DNA of 64,000 nucleotides from Betaproteobacteria bacterium. GTDB taxonomy: Bacteria > Pseudomonadota > Gammaproteobacteria > Burkholderiales > SG8-39. The translations under genes and the position numbers were made by a program. Shown in pieces: positions 9,821-19,181 of this stretch; the first letter of the stretch is position 1; every line of letters starts with the position of its first letter. The stretch covers positions 911-64,910 of the forward strand of contig JBQTJX010000018.1 of the NCBI GenBank assembly GCA_052386675.1, in the 5' to 3' direction. The notes under the pieces are model-generated. The model was not told where the DNA came from and did not search any database. It saw only the letters and a list, made by a program, of their open reading frames with translations.

Positions 9821-12800
9821 TCAGTAGTTTTCCCTGAAGTAGATGTAGTTGTTGGGCTGGCTGCCGTAGACGCCGAAGCTGGCGCGGCCCGAGGGATTGT
9901 CGTCGTAGGCCGTGTTCGCGTCCGCGTCCGGGTTCGCGGCGTCGTTCCAGCGCCCGAGGAGGTACGGCCGCAGCGCGCTCGAGATGGCGTCCTCGCCGCT
10001 GGAGGCGTTGTCGCAGGAGAAGCCCGCGGCGGGGGAACGCAGCTGCGGCGTGACCAGCACGCTGCCGGAGGCGGCGCCGGTGGGCGCCGCCAGCGTGAGC
10101 GTGCCCAATCCCGCGGTGATGGTGACCGGATCCTGCTGGATGAAGGTCTTGCAGTTGCCCCCGCCCGGGTCCAGCGCGCCGGTGTAGGACCCCAGCGCGA
10201 AGGCGTCGCGCGCGAGCGTGGTGCAGCTGTCCAGCGTGTTGACGGCGAACGCGCTGCCGTTCCAGAACTCCGCGCGCACCGGCATCGGCAGCACGAGCTT
10301 GGCCGAACCGAGCGCGTTCTGCAGCCGCAGGCGGCCGAAGCGGACGGCCGAATCGGTGAGCGCGCCCAGGTTCTTGCGGTCCATGGCCGCGTTGTTGTCC
10401 ACGTCCAGGTCGAGCGTGTTCATGGCGACGCCATCGGAATCCGTGGGCGCGATGCCGTAGCTGATCGAGGTATAGGGCCCGTCGGGGACATCGGGGCTGG
10501 CGCGGTTGACCGCGGTCGTGAGCAGGATCCCGCTCGCCACGCCGTTGGACCAGCTCCCCGTCGGCGCGACCCCGGTGTCCAGCCGGCCGGTGAGGTTGGT
10601 GGTGCCGCTCCTCGCGCCCAGCGACCAGTTGCCGAAGGTGGTGAGGCCCAGCTTGGCGTAGACGCCGTCGTAGTTCGCCGTGGTGGCGTTCTGCGCGTTC
10701 TGCGCCGTGAGCGTGAAGCTGAGCCTGAGGTCCTCGTCCATGTAGCTGAAGGAAGAGGCCGGTGCGCAGGAAGCCCCGTGCCGGTTCGCCAGCGTCGCCC
10801 CGCTCACCGCGAAGTGCTTCGGGCGGAAGCGCCCGACGTGGCCTCCGGTGAAGCCCGAGCCGTCGAAGCTCGATAGCCCGAACACGCTGATGCCCCCGCC
10901 GGGCACGATATAGTCGGTGGCGAACACCGCGATCTTCACGTTGCCCGCCTCGGTGTAGCAGGCGTCGTTGATCGTCACCGCGCCCCCCGACCAGCTGCCC
11001 GCGGACACCGTCCCGGTGGCCGCAAGGCAGCCCACGCCGCGCCGGATCTCGCCCAGCGCCACCCCAGGCAGGTTGCTCAGTGCGCTCAGCGACACATCCG
11101 CGGCGAAGTTCGGCGTCAGGTCGTTGTCGGTGATGTCCACCACGTCGGGCGCGGCGAAATCGGGCACGCCGTTGGCGTTGGCGTCCTCCAGCGCCGAGGT
11201 CCACTTGTACGCCGCCAGGGTCAGGGTGAACGGATCGCCCGCAGCGGCCAGGACCGCGGCCGCTTCCGTGGTGCCATGCGCGATCGCCACCCCGGCGTTC
11301 GCCCCGCGCACCGCGATGCCGAAGGGCCGCACCACGAAGGCGTTGCTCGTGCCGCTGATGGTGGTCGCCGGCGGCGCGGGCAGCGTGTAGCGCAGGTGCA
11401 GCGTCACCTGCCCGGCGTCGCCGTAGCGGAAGACGAGCGGCGCCATGGCATTGGCGTCGTTGCTGAAGTTGAGCGACACCGAAGAATAGGACGCGGGCGT
11501 CACGGTGTTGTTGTTCTTCTGGATGTTCACCGCCGCCCCGGTGCCGTCGCCGCTGAAGATCTCGAACAGCGGCGCGTCGTTCACGTCAGGGTCAGCGCAG
11601 GTGGTCGGGTTGTTGCACACCGCGGCGAACTCGATCGCGCGGGTCTGGTTCTGGAACAGCGTGGTGCAGGCCCCCGTCGCCGGCGCCGTGGCCACCGCCT
11701 GCACGAACAGCGCCTGGATCCCGGAGCCCTCCGAATTTCGCTTGCCCGCGACCTGGGTGTCGATGTTCGCGCTCGCCGAGCCGTCCGCCGTCACCCGCAG
11801 CACGCTGTCGGCGAACACGATCGAGGGGTCCTCGCCCCCTGCGCCTTCGCTGCGTCCGGAGCCATCGGCGAGGTTGAGGTGCAGCGTCGTGGCGACATTC
11901 CGGCGCAGGTCCATCTCGATGAACGCCCCGTCGCCGTCCCAGGCATACGTGGCCGTGCCGGTGTCCGTTCCCGGGACGGTCCAGTTGGCGTTGATGCCGG
12001 TGATGAGGGGCGAGAGCCAGACGCCGTTGGCACTGGAGGTGCTGACCGAGAGCAGCGTCCCGGGCGGCGGCGCCACCGCGACGTGCGCGGCGTCGTGCGC
12101 CGTGACCCGCACCCGCCCCGGCTCGCAGGTGGCGAAATTCGTGCCGTTGGGATAGCTCACCGAGTAGTGCGTGTGGTGGATGGTGCAGGCGCGCGTCGCG
12201 CCCATCGCGGCGCCCACCTCGCCGGCGGTCAGCGCATGGCGGAACACGCGCACCTCGTCGACCTGGCCGTCGAAGAAGCGCCCGCCCAGGCCCTGGTCGG
12301 AGCCCACCTGCAGCGGGTCTGTGTTGGTCATCAGGCCGCCGGTGAAGGTGCCGCTGCCTCGCACGACGCCGTTGACGTAGATGGTCTGCGCCCCCGGCGT
12401 GTAGACCACGGCGATGTGGTACCAGCCGCCGCCGGCGGTGATGCCGGCGCCCGCGGTGAAGATCTCCTGCGCAGTGCCTCCGGCGTTCTCCCACCACCAG
12501 TTGATCTCGCCGCCGCTGGTGAGGTGGAACTCGAAGTTCTCGTCCTTGGAGACGATGGTCTTGAGCGCGTCCGGGCCCACGGCGTTCGGGTTGATCCAGG
12601 CCATGACCGTGAACCGGCCGGTCATGTTGAGCAGGGCATTGTGCGCCACCTCGACATAGCTGGTGCTGCCGTTGAAGCTGCCGTAGCGGCAGGTGCCGAC
12701 CGCGCCGGCGATGGCCGGCGTGGCGCCGGCGGTGTTGGCGCCCGCGTTCGCGGTGCCGTGCAGGCCGTTGCCGCTGGAATCCTGCGGCGGGTACGACGAC

Positions 12801-14221
12801 CAGGTGGATTCGTCCAGGCGCAGCTGCAGGACTTCCGACGAACGCAGCACCACGATGTGCGCGGCGCCGTTGTCGCCGTTGCTGCCCACCGTGGCCGACT
12901 TGTCGCCGGTGGCGCCGGCCGCGGCCTGCGCCACGTCGTTCATCTCGAGTGCCACCCCTTCGGCGTTGGTGGTGGCGATCGCGGGGACGTCCACCCGTTC
13001 CGTCATGCCGGCAGGCGGGGTCCAGGCCACGGAAGAGGCGAAGCTGTGCGCGGTGACCACCATCGTGCTCGCGACCGTGGTGGTGACACCGGTCGCGGTG
13101 TGGGTCGTGCCCGATGCCGTGGTGTTGGCCGCGGACAGGTGGATCGGCGTCAGGGTATCCACGCCCACGTAGGTCGCGATGCCGCCTGCCGCGCCGGTGG
13201 TCGCGGTTCCGCCCAGCGTCCAGGTGTAGGACGCGGGCTCGGTCGCGCCGGCCACGCGCTGGTAGGTCACCAGGCGGTTGGAGGTCCCGGCGGTGTTGTG
13301 CAATTCAGTCCAGCCCGCGGGCGCGGTGACCGTGGCGCCGCTGGGGGCGACGGCAATCGAGGCCAGCATCACGTCCTCTTCCACCGTTCCCGCCGGGACG
13401 TTGACCGCGAGCGTGGTCACCGCGGGCGCGCGCAGCGCGATGGTCAGCCAGGCGTTGCGAATGCTGGTCGGCGCGCTGGAGGCTGTGCTGGTTCCAGTGC
13501 TCCCCGGCGTGGCGAAAGTCGCGTCCCAGACGGCGAAGCCGCCGCCATTGCTCTGGTTGGTGCCGCCATCGACGCGCTCGGTGATTCCGGTCAGGTTGGC
13601 ATTGGTGAGGCTGGCGAAAAACGCGCCGTTGGCATCGTTGTCCCGGGCCACGCCGACGACGACGCGCGTGTTGCAGACCGTCGTGGTGACGGCGGTCACG
13701 GTGGAGGAGGTGGCGCCGGAGTCCCGCGCGCCGCCGGCGGTGGCGTCCCAGGGATTGCCCGTGGTGATCACCCCCCGGTAGACGAGGATTTGCGCAAAGA
13801 AGTGGTTACCGGGGTCGGCAAAAGTGGCGTTCGCCGTGCCCGCGGCGGTGGCGCGCCGCCAGAACACGCTGAGGCGGGTATCGCCCGCGGCTGACTGCGG
13901 GCTGTTGGCGACCGCCGTCCAGCCGGCGGGGGTCGCAACGTTTTCATCGTCGGTTTCGACGAACAGCAGGCCGATGTCATCGGCAACGTGGGCGGGCCAG
14001 GGTACCGAGGCGGCCCCGGTGCCTGCCTGCGCCGTTCCCGCCGCCACGAAGGCCGGCGCCGCCGCATAGCCGCAGGAACTGGCCGAGGCGGCGGATCGGA
14101 ACGCGATCTCGCCCTTGGAAGTGCCCGCGGCTACCAGCGAGAGCAAGAGCACGACGAAGCGGAGCAGCAGCATGATATCGGTCGTCAGCCTAGCACCGCC
14201 CGGCCGGAGATGCCGTGACAT
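9821..14221 (-). CDS. giant secreted MshQ/DUF6701-like protein, paralog B (signal peptide, two N-modules, LamG domain, conserved C-terminal body)
   Basis: 1466-aa ORF. The likely true start is ATG 14173 (MLLLRFVVLLLSLVAAG). It carries a LamG/Laminin_G_3-like block and the same C-terminal body, ending NNYIYFRENY. Confidence 0.8.
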   Translation of the reverse strand: MSRHLRPGGARLTTDIMLLLRFVVLLLSLVAAGTSKGEIAFRSAASASSCGYAAAPAFVAAGTAQAGTGAASVPWPAHVADDIGLLFVETDDENVATPAGWTAVANSPQSAAGDTRLSVFWRRATAAGTANATFADPGNHFFAQILVYRGVITTGNPWDATAGGARDSGATSSTVTAVTTTVCNTRVVVGVARDNDANGAFFASLTNANLTGITERVDGGTNQSNGGGFAVWDATFATPGSTGTSTASSAPTSIRNAWLTIALRAPAVTTLAVNVPAGTVEEDVMLASIAVAPSGATVTAPAGWTELHNTAGTSNRLVTYQRVAGATEPASYTWTLGGTATTGAAGGIATYVGVDTLTPIHLSAANTTASGTTHTATGVTTTVASTMVVTAHSFASSVAWTPPAGMTERVDVPAIATTNAEGVALEMNDVAQAAAGATGDKSATVGSNGDNGAAHIVVLRSSEVLQLRLDESTWSSYPPQDSSGNGLHGTANAGANTAGATPAIAGAVGTCRYGSFNGSTSYVEVAHNALLNMTGRFTVMAWINPNAVGPDALKTIVSKDENFEFHLTSGGEINWWWENAGGTAQEIFTAGAGITAGGGWYHIAVVYTPGAQTIYVNGVVRGSGTFTGGLMTNTDPLQVGSDQGLGGRFFDGQVDEVRVFRHALTAGEVGAAMGATRACTIHHTHYSVSYPNGTNFATCEPGRVRVTAHDAAHVAVAPPPGTLLSVSTSSANGVWLSPLITGINANWTVPGTDTGTATYAWDGDGAFIEMDLRRNVATTLHLNLADGSGRSEGAGGEDPSIVFADSVLRVTADGSASANIDTQVAGKRNSEGSGIQALFVQAVATAPATGACTTLFQNQTRAIEFAAVCNNPTTCADPDVNDAPLFEIFSGDGTGAAVNIQKNNNTVTPASYSSVSLNFSNDANAMAPLVFRYGDAGQVTLHLRYTLPAPPATTISGTSNAFVVRPFGIAVRGANAGVAIAHGTTEAAAVLAAAGDPFTLTLAAYKWTSALEDANANGVPDFAAPDVVDITDNDLTPNFAADVSLSALSNLPGVALGEIRRGVGCLAATGTVSAGSWSGGAVTINDACYTEAGNVKIAVFATDYIVPGGGISVFGLSSFDGSGFTGGHVGRFRPKHFAVSGATLANRHGASCAPASSFSYMDEDLRLSFTLTAQNAQNATTANYDGVYAKLGLTTFGNWSLGARSGTTNLTGRLDTGVAPTGSWSNGVASGILLTTAVNRASPDVPDGPYTSISYGIAPTDSDGVAMNTLDLDVDNNAAMDRKNLGALTDSAVRFGRLRLQNALGSAKLVLPMPVRAEFWNGSAFAVNTLDSCTTLARDAFALGSYTGALDPGGGNCKTFIQQDPVTITAGLGTLTLAAPTGAASGSVLVTPQLRSPAAGFSCDNASSGEDAISSALRPYLLGRWNDAANPDADANTAYDDNPSGRASFGVYGSQPNNYIYFRENY
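12218..12826 (-). other. LamG / concanavalin-A-like lectin domain segment within paralog B (aa ~466-668)
   Basis: LRLDESTW...DSSGNGLHGT...FNGSTSYVEV...FTVMAWINP...WYHIAVVY...IYVNGV...FDGQVDEVRVF is the typical Laminin_G_3 motif order. Confidence 0.7.
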
Positions 14222-14248
14222 CCGCCCTGCGACGGACGCACCCGTGGT

Positions 14249-17200
14249 TCAGTAATTTTCCCTGAAGTAGATGTAGTTGTTGGGCTGGCTGCCGTAGACG
14301 CCGAAGCTGGCGCGGCCCGAGGGGTTGTCGTCATGGGCCGTAGTCGCGTCCGCGTCCGGGTTCGCGGCGTCGTTCCAGCGCCCGGTGAGGTAGGGCCGCG
14401 CTGCGCTCACGACCGCATCCTCGCCGCTGGAGGCGTTGTCGCAGGAGTTGCCCGCCACGGTGGCGTGAAGCTGCGGCGTGAGCAGCACGCTGCCGCTCAC
14501 CGCACCGGTGGGCGCCGCCAGCGTGAGCGTGCCCAACCCTGCGGCGATGGCGACCGGATCCTGCTGGATGAACGTAGTGCAGTTTCCACCGCCGGGCGCG
14601 AGCGCACCGGTGTACGAGCCCAGCGCGATGGTGTTGCGCGCCAGCGTGGTGCAACTGTCGATGGTGTTCAGCTCGAAGGCGCTGCCGTTCCAGTACTCCA
14701 GGCGGATCGGCACCGGCAGCACGAGCTTCGAGGAACCCAGCGCGTTCTGCATTCGCAGCCGCCCGTAGCGCAGCAGCGCCGAGACACCGAGGTTTTTCCG
14801 GTCCATGACCGCGTTGTTGTCCACGTCCAGGTCCAGCGTGTTCATCGCGACGCTGTCCGGGTCCACAGGCGCGATGCCGAACGCGGTCGCGGTGAAGGGG
14901 CCGTCGGGGTTGTCCGGCGTGGCGCGATTGACCGCGGTGGTGAGGACGACGCCGCTCGCCACGCCGGCCGTCCAGCTGCCGGCCGGCGCGACGCCGGTGT
15001 CCAGTCGCGCGCTCAGGTTGGTCGTGCCGTCGCGCGCCCCGAGCGCCCAGTTGCCGAAGGTGGTGAGGCCCAGCTTGGCGTAGACGCCGTCGTAGTTCGC
15101 CGTGGTGGCGTTCTGCGCGTTCTGCGCCGTGAGCGTGAACGTGAGGTTCAGCGGCTCATCCAGGTAGGTGAAGGTGGAAGCCGGCGCGCAGGCGGCGCCC
15201 TGCCGGTTCGCCAGCGTCGCCCCGCTCACCGCGAAGTGCTTCGGGCGGAAGCGCCCGACGTGCCCGCCGGTGAAGCCGGTGCCGTCAAAGCTCGACAGCC
15301 CGAACACGCTGATGCCCCCGCCGGGCACGATGTAGTCGGTGGCGAACACGGCGATCTTGACGTTGCCCGCCTCGGAGTAGCAGGCGTCGTTGATCGTCAC
15401 CGACCCGCCCGACCAGCTGCCCGCCGCAACGGTCCCGGCACTTGCGCAATTGACCCCCCGCCCGATCGCCCCTGTCGCGAATACGCCGGGCGATATCTGG
15501 ACCCCAGGCAGGTTGCTCAGCGCGCTCAGCGACACATCCGCGGCGAAGTTCGGCGTCAGGCCGTTGTCGGTGATGTCCACCACGTCGGGCGCGGCGAAAT
15601 CGGGCACGCCGTTGGCGTTGGCGTCCTCCAGCGCCGAGGTCCACTTGTACGCCGCCAGGGTCAGGGTGAACGGATCGCCCGCGGCAGCCAGCACCGCGGC
15701 CGCTTCCGTGGTGCCATGCGCGATCGCCACTCCGGCGTTGGCGCCACGCACCGCGATGCCGAAGGGCCGCACCACGAAGGCGTTGCTCGTGCCCAGGATC
15801 GTGGTGGCGGGCGGCGAATCCAGCGTATGGCGCAGGAACAGCGTCATCTGCCCGGCGTCGCCGTAACGGAACGCGAGGGGCGCCATGGCGTTGGCGTCAT
15901 TGCTGAAGTTGAGGTTGATCGAGGTGTAGGTCGCGCTCAGCTGGGTGGCCGTGTTCGGATTCTTCGCCACGTCCACCGGCGAGCTGGCATTGTCCAGCAC
16001 CTGGAACTCGGTGCCCGCCACGGCGCTGCAGGTCGAGGGATTGTTGCACACGGCCGCGAACTCGATCGCCCGCGTCTGGTTCTGGAAGCGCGTGGTGCAC
16101 ACGCCGGAGCCGCCATCCTCCACCGCCTGCACGAACAGGGTCTGGATGCCCGCGCCCTCGGTGTTCAGCTTGCCCGCGATCTGCGTGGCCACCGTCGCGC
16201 TGCTGCTGCCGTTGACTGTGATCCGCAGCACGGTGCCGGCATAGGTGACCGAGGGATCCTCGCCCGCGTCTTCGCTGCGCGAACCGGCGTCGGTCAGGTT
16301 CAGATGCAGGCTGCCGGCGGTGTTGCGGCGCAGGCGCGCCTCGATGAAGGTCTCGATGCCGTTCCAGGTATAGGTCGCCTGGCCGTTGTTGGCGCCCGAG
16401 GGCGTCCAGTTGGCGCCAGTGCCGGTGACCAGGGGCGAGAGCCAGACGCCGTCGGCGGTGGAGGTGTTGATGGTGAGCACGGTCCCGGCTGGGGGCGCGA
16501 CCGCGCCGTGCGCTGTACTGTGCGCCGTGATGCGCACCAGCGCCGGCTCGCAGGTGGCGAAGCTGCTGCCACTGGGGTAGGTCACCGCGTAGTGGGAAAA
16601 ACCCGGCCGCAGCGCGAGCATGTGGGCAATGCCGCCATCGGCCGCCGGCGGCGCGGTCCAGCCAGCGCTGCGCGCGCCGGTCAGGCCGGCCGCCGCGCGC
16701 AGTTCGTGGTTCATCTCGACCGCTAGGCCCAGATCATTCGTGACCGCCAGCGAAGCGGCGTCGACCCGCTCGGTCATGCCCACGGGCGGGGTCCAGAGCG
16801 TCGAGGAGTTGGCGCTATGCGTGCTGACCAGCATCGTGTCGGTTACCGAACCAGTATCGATGCTGGGCGCGGCGTGGTTGACCGAGGAAGCCGTCGTCTG
16901 GCCGCCCTCGACCACCACGGGGTTACTGGTATCGACTCCAGAGAAGCTGATGATGCCGCCGACCGCGCCCGCATGCACCAGCGCGCCGCCGAAGGACCAG
17001 GCGTAGTTCGCCGGCTCGGACCCGGTGGCGACCCGCTGGTAGACGAACAGGCGGTTGCCGAAGCCTCCGGTGCCGCCTCCGGTGGTCTGGTCCGTCACGC
17101 TGTTGACCAGTGTCCATCCCGCAGGCGGTGTGACGCTCGTGGTGCAGGCCGCGCCGCTGGTGCCGCTGCAGGGCCGGAATGTAACGCTGGCGACCATGAC

Positions 17201-18028
17201 GTCGCCCGCCAGCGTGGCCGCCGGCACGTTGATGCTGAGCGTCGAGGCGGGCGGGCGCAGCGCGATGCTGAGCATGGCCTTGGCGGTGTTCGACGAGGTG
17301 GTCACCGTCGTCGCGCCGTAGCCCCCGGTCGTCGCCCATGCGCCGGTGGTGATCCCCAGGCCGCCGCCGTTGCCCTGGTTGGTGGAGTTGTCGGTCCGCT
17401 CGGCGAGGCCAGTCAGGTTCCCATTGGCCTGCGCGGAGAATACCGTCGTGCCGGTCAAATCGGGCAGCGCGGTCGCGATCGCGGCCACGACGAAGGTGTT
17501 GGGCACGGTCGTGGTCGCGCCCGGGATGGAACCGCTGGTATCCGTGTTGCCGGCCTCGACGCCGCCTGCGGTGACGTCCCAGGGATCGCCGGTGGTGATG
17601 ACGCCCCGCACGGCGATGATGCGTCCGAGCTGGTGATTGCCCGAATCGCTTGTCGTGGGCGCGCCCTGGACGCCGTTGTACCGCGACCAGAATACCGTCA
17701 ACCGGGCGCCATCGGCGCCAGCCGCCGTGCCGGTGCTCTGCGGGGAATTCAGGACCGCCGCCCAGACCCCGCCGTTCTGGTTGGCAATCGTGATGGCCTG
17801 GTTGGAGGTTTCCAGGAACAGCAGCAGGATGTCATTCGCCGCGAGGCCGGCGGGCAGCGCGGGCGCGATCGCGCCCGTGCCTGCGGCGACCGCGCCCGCG
17901 GCGACGAAAGTCGGCGCCGCCTGGCCGCCCGCGGAATTGGCCTGCGCGGAATCGCGATACGCGACCTGCGCCTGCGCCAGGGCGGCCGCGAACGTAAGAC
18001 ACGTTAGAAAAGCAAACCGGATCAGCAT
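14249..18028 (-). CDS. giant secreted MshQ/DUF6701-like protein, paralog C (signal peptide, two N-modules, conserved C-terminal body, no lectin cassette)
   Basis: ATG start and signal peptide MLIRFAFLTCLTFAAALAQA. The body is colinear with A and B, including a 293-nt block about 97% identical to B. It ends NNYIYFRENY. Confidence 0.8.
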   Translation of the reverse strand: MLIRFAFLTCLTFAAALAQAQVAYRDSAQANSAGGQAAPTFVAAGAVAAGTGAIAPALPAGLAANDILLLFLETSNQAITIANQNGGVWAAVLNSPQSTGTAAGADGARLTVFWSRYNGVQGAPTTSDSGNHQLGRIIAVRGVITTGDPWDVTAGGVEAGNTDTSGSIPGATTTVPNTFVVAAIATALPDLTGTTVFSAQANGNLTGLAERTDNSTNQGNGGGLGITTGAWATTGGYGATTVTTSSNTAKAMLSIALRPPASTLSINVPAATLAGDVMVASVTFRPCSGTSGAACTTSVTPPAGWTLVNSVTDQTTGGGTGGFGNRLFVYQRVATGSEPANYAWSFGGALVHAGAVGGIISFSGVDTSNPVVVEGGQTTASSVNHAAPSIDTGSVTDTMLVSTHSANSSTLWTPPVGMTERVDAASLAVTNDLGLAVEMNHELRAAAGLTGARSAGWTAPPAADGGIAHMLALRPGFSHYAVTYPSGSSFATCEPALVRITAHSTAHGAVAPPAGTVLTINTSTADGVWLSPLVTGTGANWTPSGANNGQATYTWNGIETFIEARLRRNTAGSLHLNLTDAGSRSEDAGEDPSVTYAGTVLRITVNGSSSATVATQIAGKLNTEGAGIQTLFVQAVEDGGSGVCTTRFQNQTRAIEFAAVCNNPSTCSAVAGTEFQVLDNASSPVDVAKNPNTATQLSATYTSINLNFSNDANAMAPLAFRYGDAGQMTLFLRHTLDSPPATTILGTSNAFVVRPFGIAVRGANAGVAIAHGTTEAAAVLAAAGDPFTLTLAAYKWTSALEDANANGVPDFAAPDVVDITDNGLTPNFAADVSLSALSNLPGVQISPGVFATGAIGRGVNCASAGTVAAGSWSGGSVTINDACYSEAGNVKIAVFATDYIVPGGGISVFGLSSFDGTGFTGGHVGRFRPKHFAVSGATLANRQGAACAPASTFTYLDEPLNLTFTLTAQNAQNATTANYDGVYAKLGLTTFGNWALGARDGTTNLSARLDTGVAPAGSWTAGVASGVVLTTAVNRATPDNPDGPFTATAFGIAPVDPDSVAMNTLDLDVDNNAVMDRKNLGVSALLRYGRLRMQNALGSSKLVLPVPIRLEYWNGSAFELNTIDSCTTLARNTIALGSYTGALAPGGGNCTTFIQQDPVAIAAGLGTLTLAAPTGAVSGSVLLTPQLHATVAGNSCDNASSGEDAVVSAARPYLTGRWNDAANPDADATTAHDDNPSGRASFGVYGSQPNNYIYFRENY

Positions 18029-18090
18029 TTTGGCAGGCAGGAGCCTAACCTAGCATCGGACAACGGGACAAACCGTTAAAAAGTGCCTGC

Positions 18091-19134
18091 TCAGTCCACT
18101 GCCCGACGGCCGGACTCCCCGTCCCGCTCGAAGGCGCGCCAGCGCGCGTCAGGCGCCGCCCTGCAGGCGCCGAAGCGGAACGGCGTCCGGTCCATGCCCG
18201 GGTTGGCGAAGCGCAGGTCGCGGAACCAGAAGCACTCGCCCCCGTGCGTGCTGCCATCGAAGGCGGGTGTCTCGGCGAACCAGCGGAAGAAGCCGAGCGC
18301 CGGAGAATCGAAGGCCTCGCGCGCGAGCGCGCCCTCGGCGCCCTCGCCGAAGCGCGGCCGGCTGTCCCAGCGCGCCTGAGCGAGGGGCCGGTAAGGCGCG
18401 TCCAGCATGGCGACGAAGCCATCGCCCTTCTCGTAGAGCTTCACCGCGTCGCGGCGCAGGTTGACGTGGCTGAAGTGGTGGTCGCGCGCGTCGCTCGCGA
18501 ACACAGTCCAGTTGTAGGGGGACACCGGCCGCGGGTAAGCGAGGACGCGCGCCTCCTGCAGGCCGCGCGAGGCGGCGTAGCGCTCGCCGTGCTCCAGCGC
18601 TTCCTGCTTCAGCGTCCACTGCCAGCCGACATAGCCCGCGAGGGCCGCCGAGGCGAGCACCGCGGGAAGGCGCGACCGGTACAGGACCGCCGAGGCCGCG
18701 AGCCCGGCGACGATGATGCCGCTGAACCACAGGTCGATGATGAACGTGGTGCCGATGCCGGCGCGCCAGTCCGACAGCGGGCTCAGCACCATGGTGCCGA
18801 AGCTGGTGATCCAGTCCCCGGCGATGTGCAGGCACAGGCAGCTCAGGCTGACCGCGTACAGCGCGCGCCAGCCGCCCGGTTCACGCAGGAGCTTCGCGAG
18901 CAGCCACGCGACCGGGAAAGCCCACAGCGGCGCGAGCAGGAGCGAATGCGTCGGGCCGCGATGGTGCAGCAGGTATTCCACCGGCCCGAGGAAGCCGATG
19001 ACGAAATCCAGGTCCGGCGCGGCGCAGGCGAAGAACCCGGCGGCGACGCGGCGCGGCGTGGATCGGGGCTGCCCGGCGGGCGCGGTCGCGCGGGCGAGGA
19101 GCGCCCCCGAGAGGGCATGGGTCAGCGTGTCCAC
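18091..19134 (-). CDS. membrane-bound metal-dependent hydrolase, DUF457 / YdjM-like
   Basis: GTG start. (M)DTLTHALSGALLA...HRGPTHSLL... plus several hydrophobic helices, the typical YdjM/YbcI family N-terminus. Confidence 0.75.
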   Translation of the reverse strand: MDTLTHALSGALLARATAPAGQPRSTPRRVAAGFFACAAPDLDFVIGFLGPVEYLLHHRGPTHSLLLAPLWAFPVAWLLAKLLREPGGWRALYAVSLSCLCLHIAGDWITSFGTMVLSPLSDWRAGIGTTFIIDLWFSGIIVAGLAASAVLYRSRLPAVLASAALAGYVGWQWTLKQEALEHGERYAASRGLQEARVLAYPRPVSPYNWTVFASDARDHHFSHVNLRRDAVKLYEKGDGFVAMLDAPYRPLAQARWDSRPRFGEGAEGALAREAFDSPALGFFRWFAETPAFDGSTHGGECFWFRDLRFANPGMDRTPFRFGACRAAPDARWRAFERDGESGRRAVD

Positions 19135-19181
19135 GGGGCCGCAGGGTAGCAGTCCGCGCCAGCTTGCGTGAGAATGGCCGG

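Larger units (their letters stand above)
6237..18028 (-). repeat. tandem triplication of a 3.5-4.4 kb gene unit
   Basis: All three 3' ends share TCAGTA(A/G)TTTTCCCTGAAGTAGATGTAGTTGTT. Long colinear nucleotide similarity runs through the 3' two-thirds of each unit. Confidence 0.9.

Noticed and set aside
6237-18028. Diversity-generating retroelement (DGR) as the source of variation in the array
   Set aside because: No reverse transcriptase gene is in the window. The 9 mismatches I tallied between the near-identical B and C blocks are a mix of transitions and transversions, not adenine-specific. Gene conversion explains the pattern better.
19135-19181. LexA box upstream of the YdjM-like hydrolase (E. 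coli ydjM is SOS-regulated)
   Set aside because: No CTGT-N8-ACAG-like motif is visible in the short upstream region.
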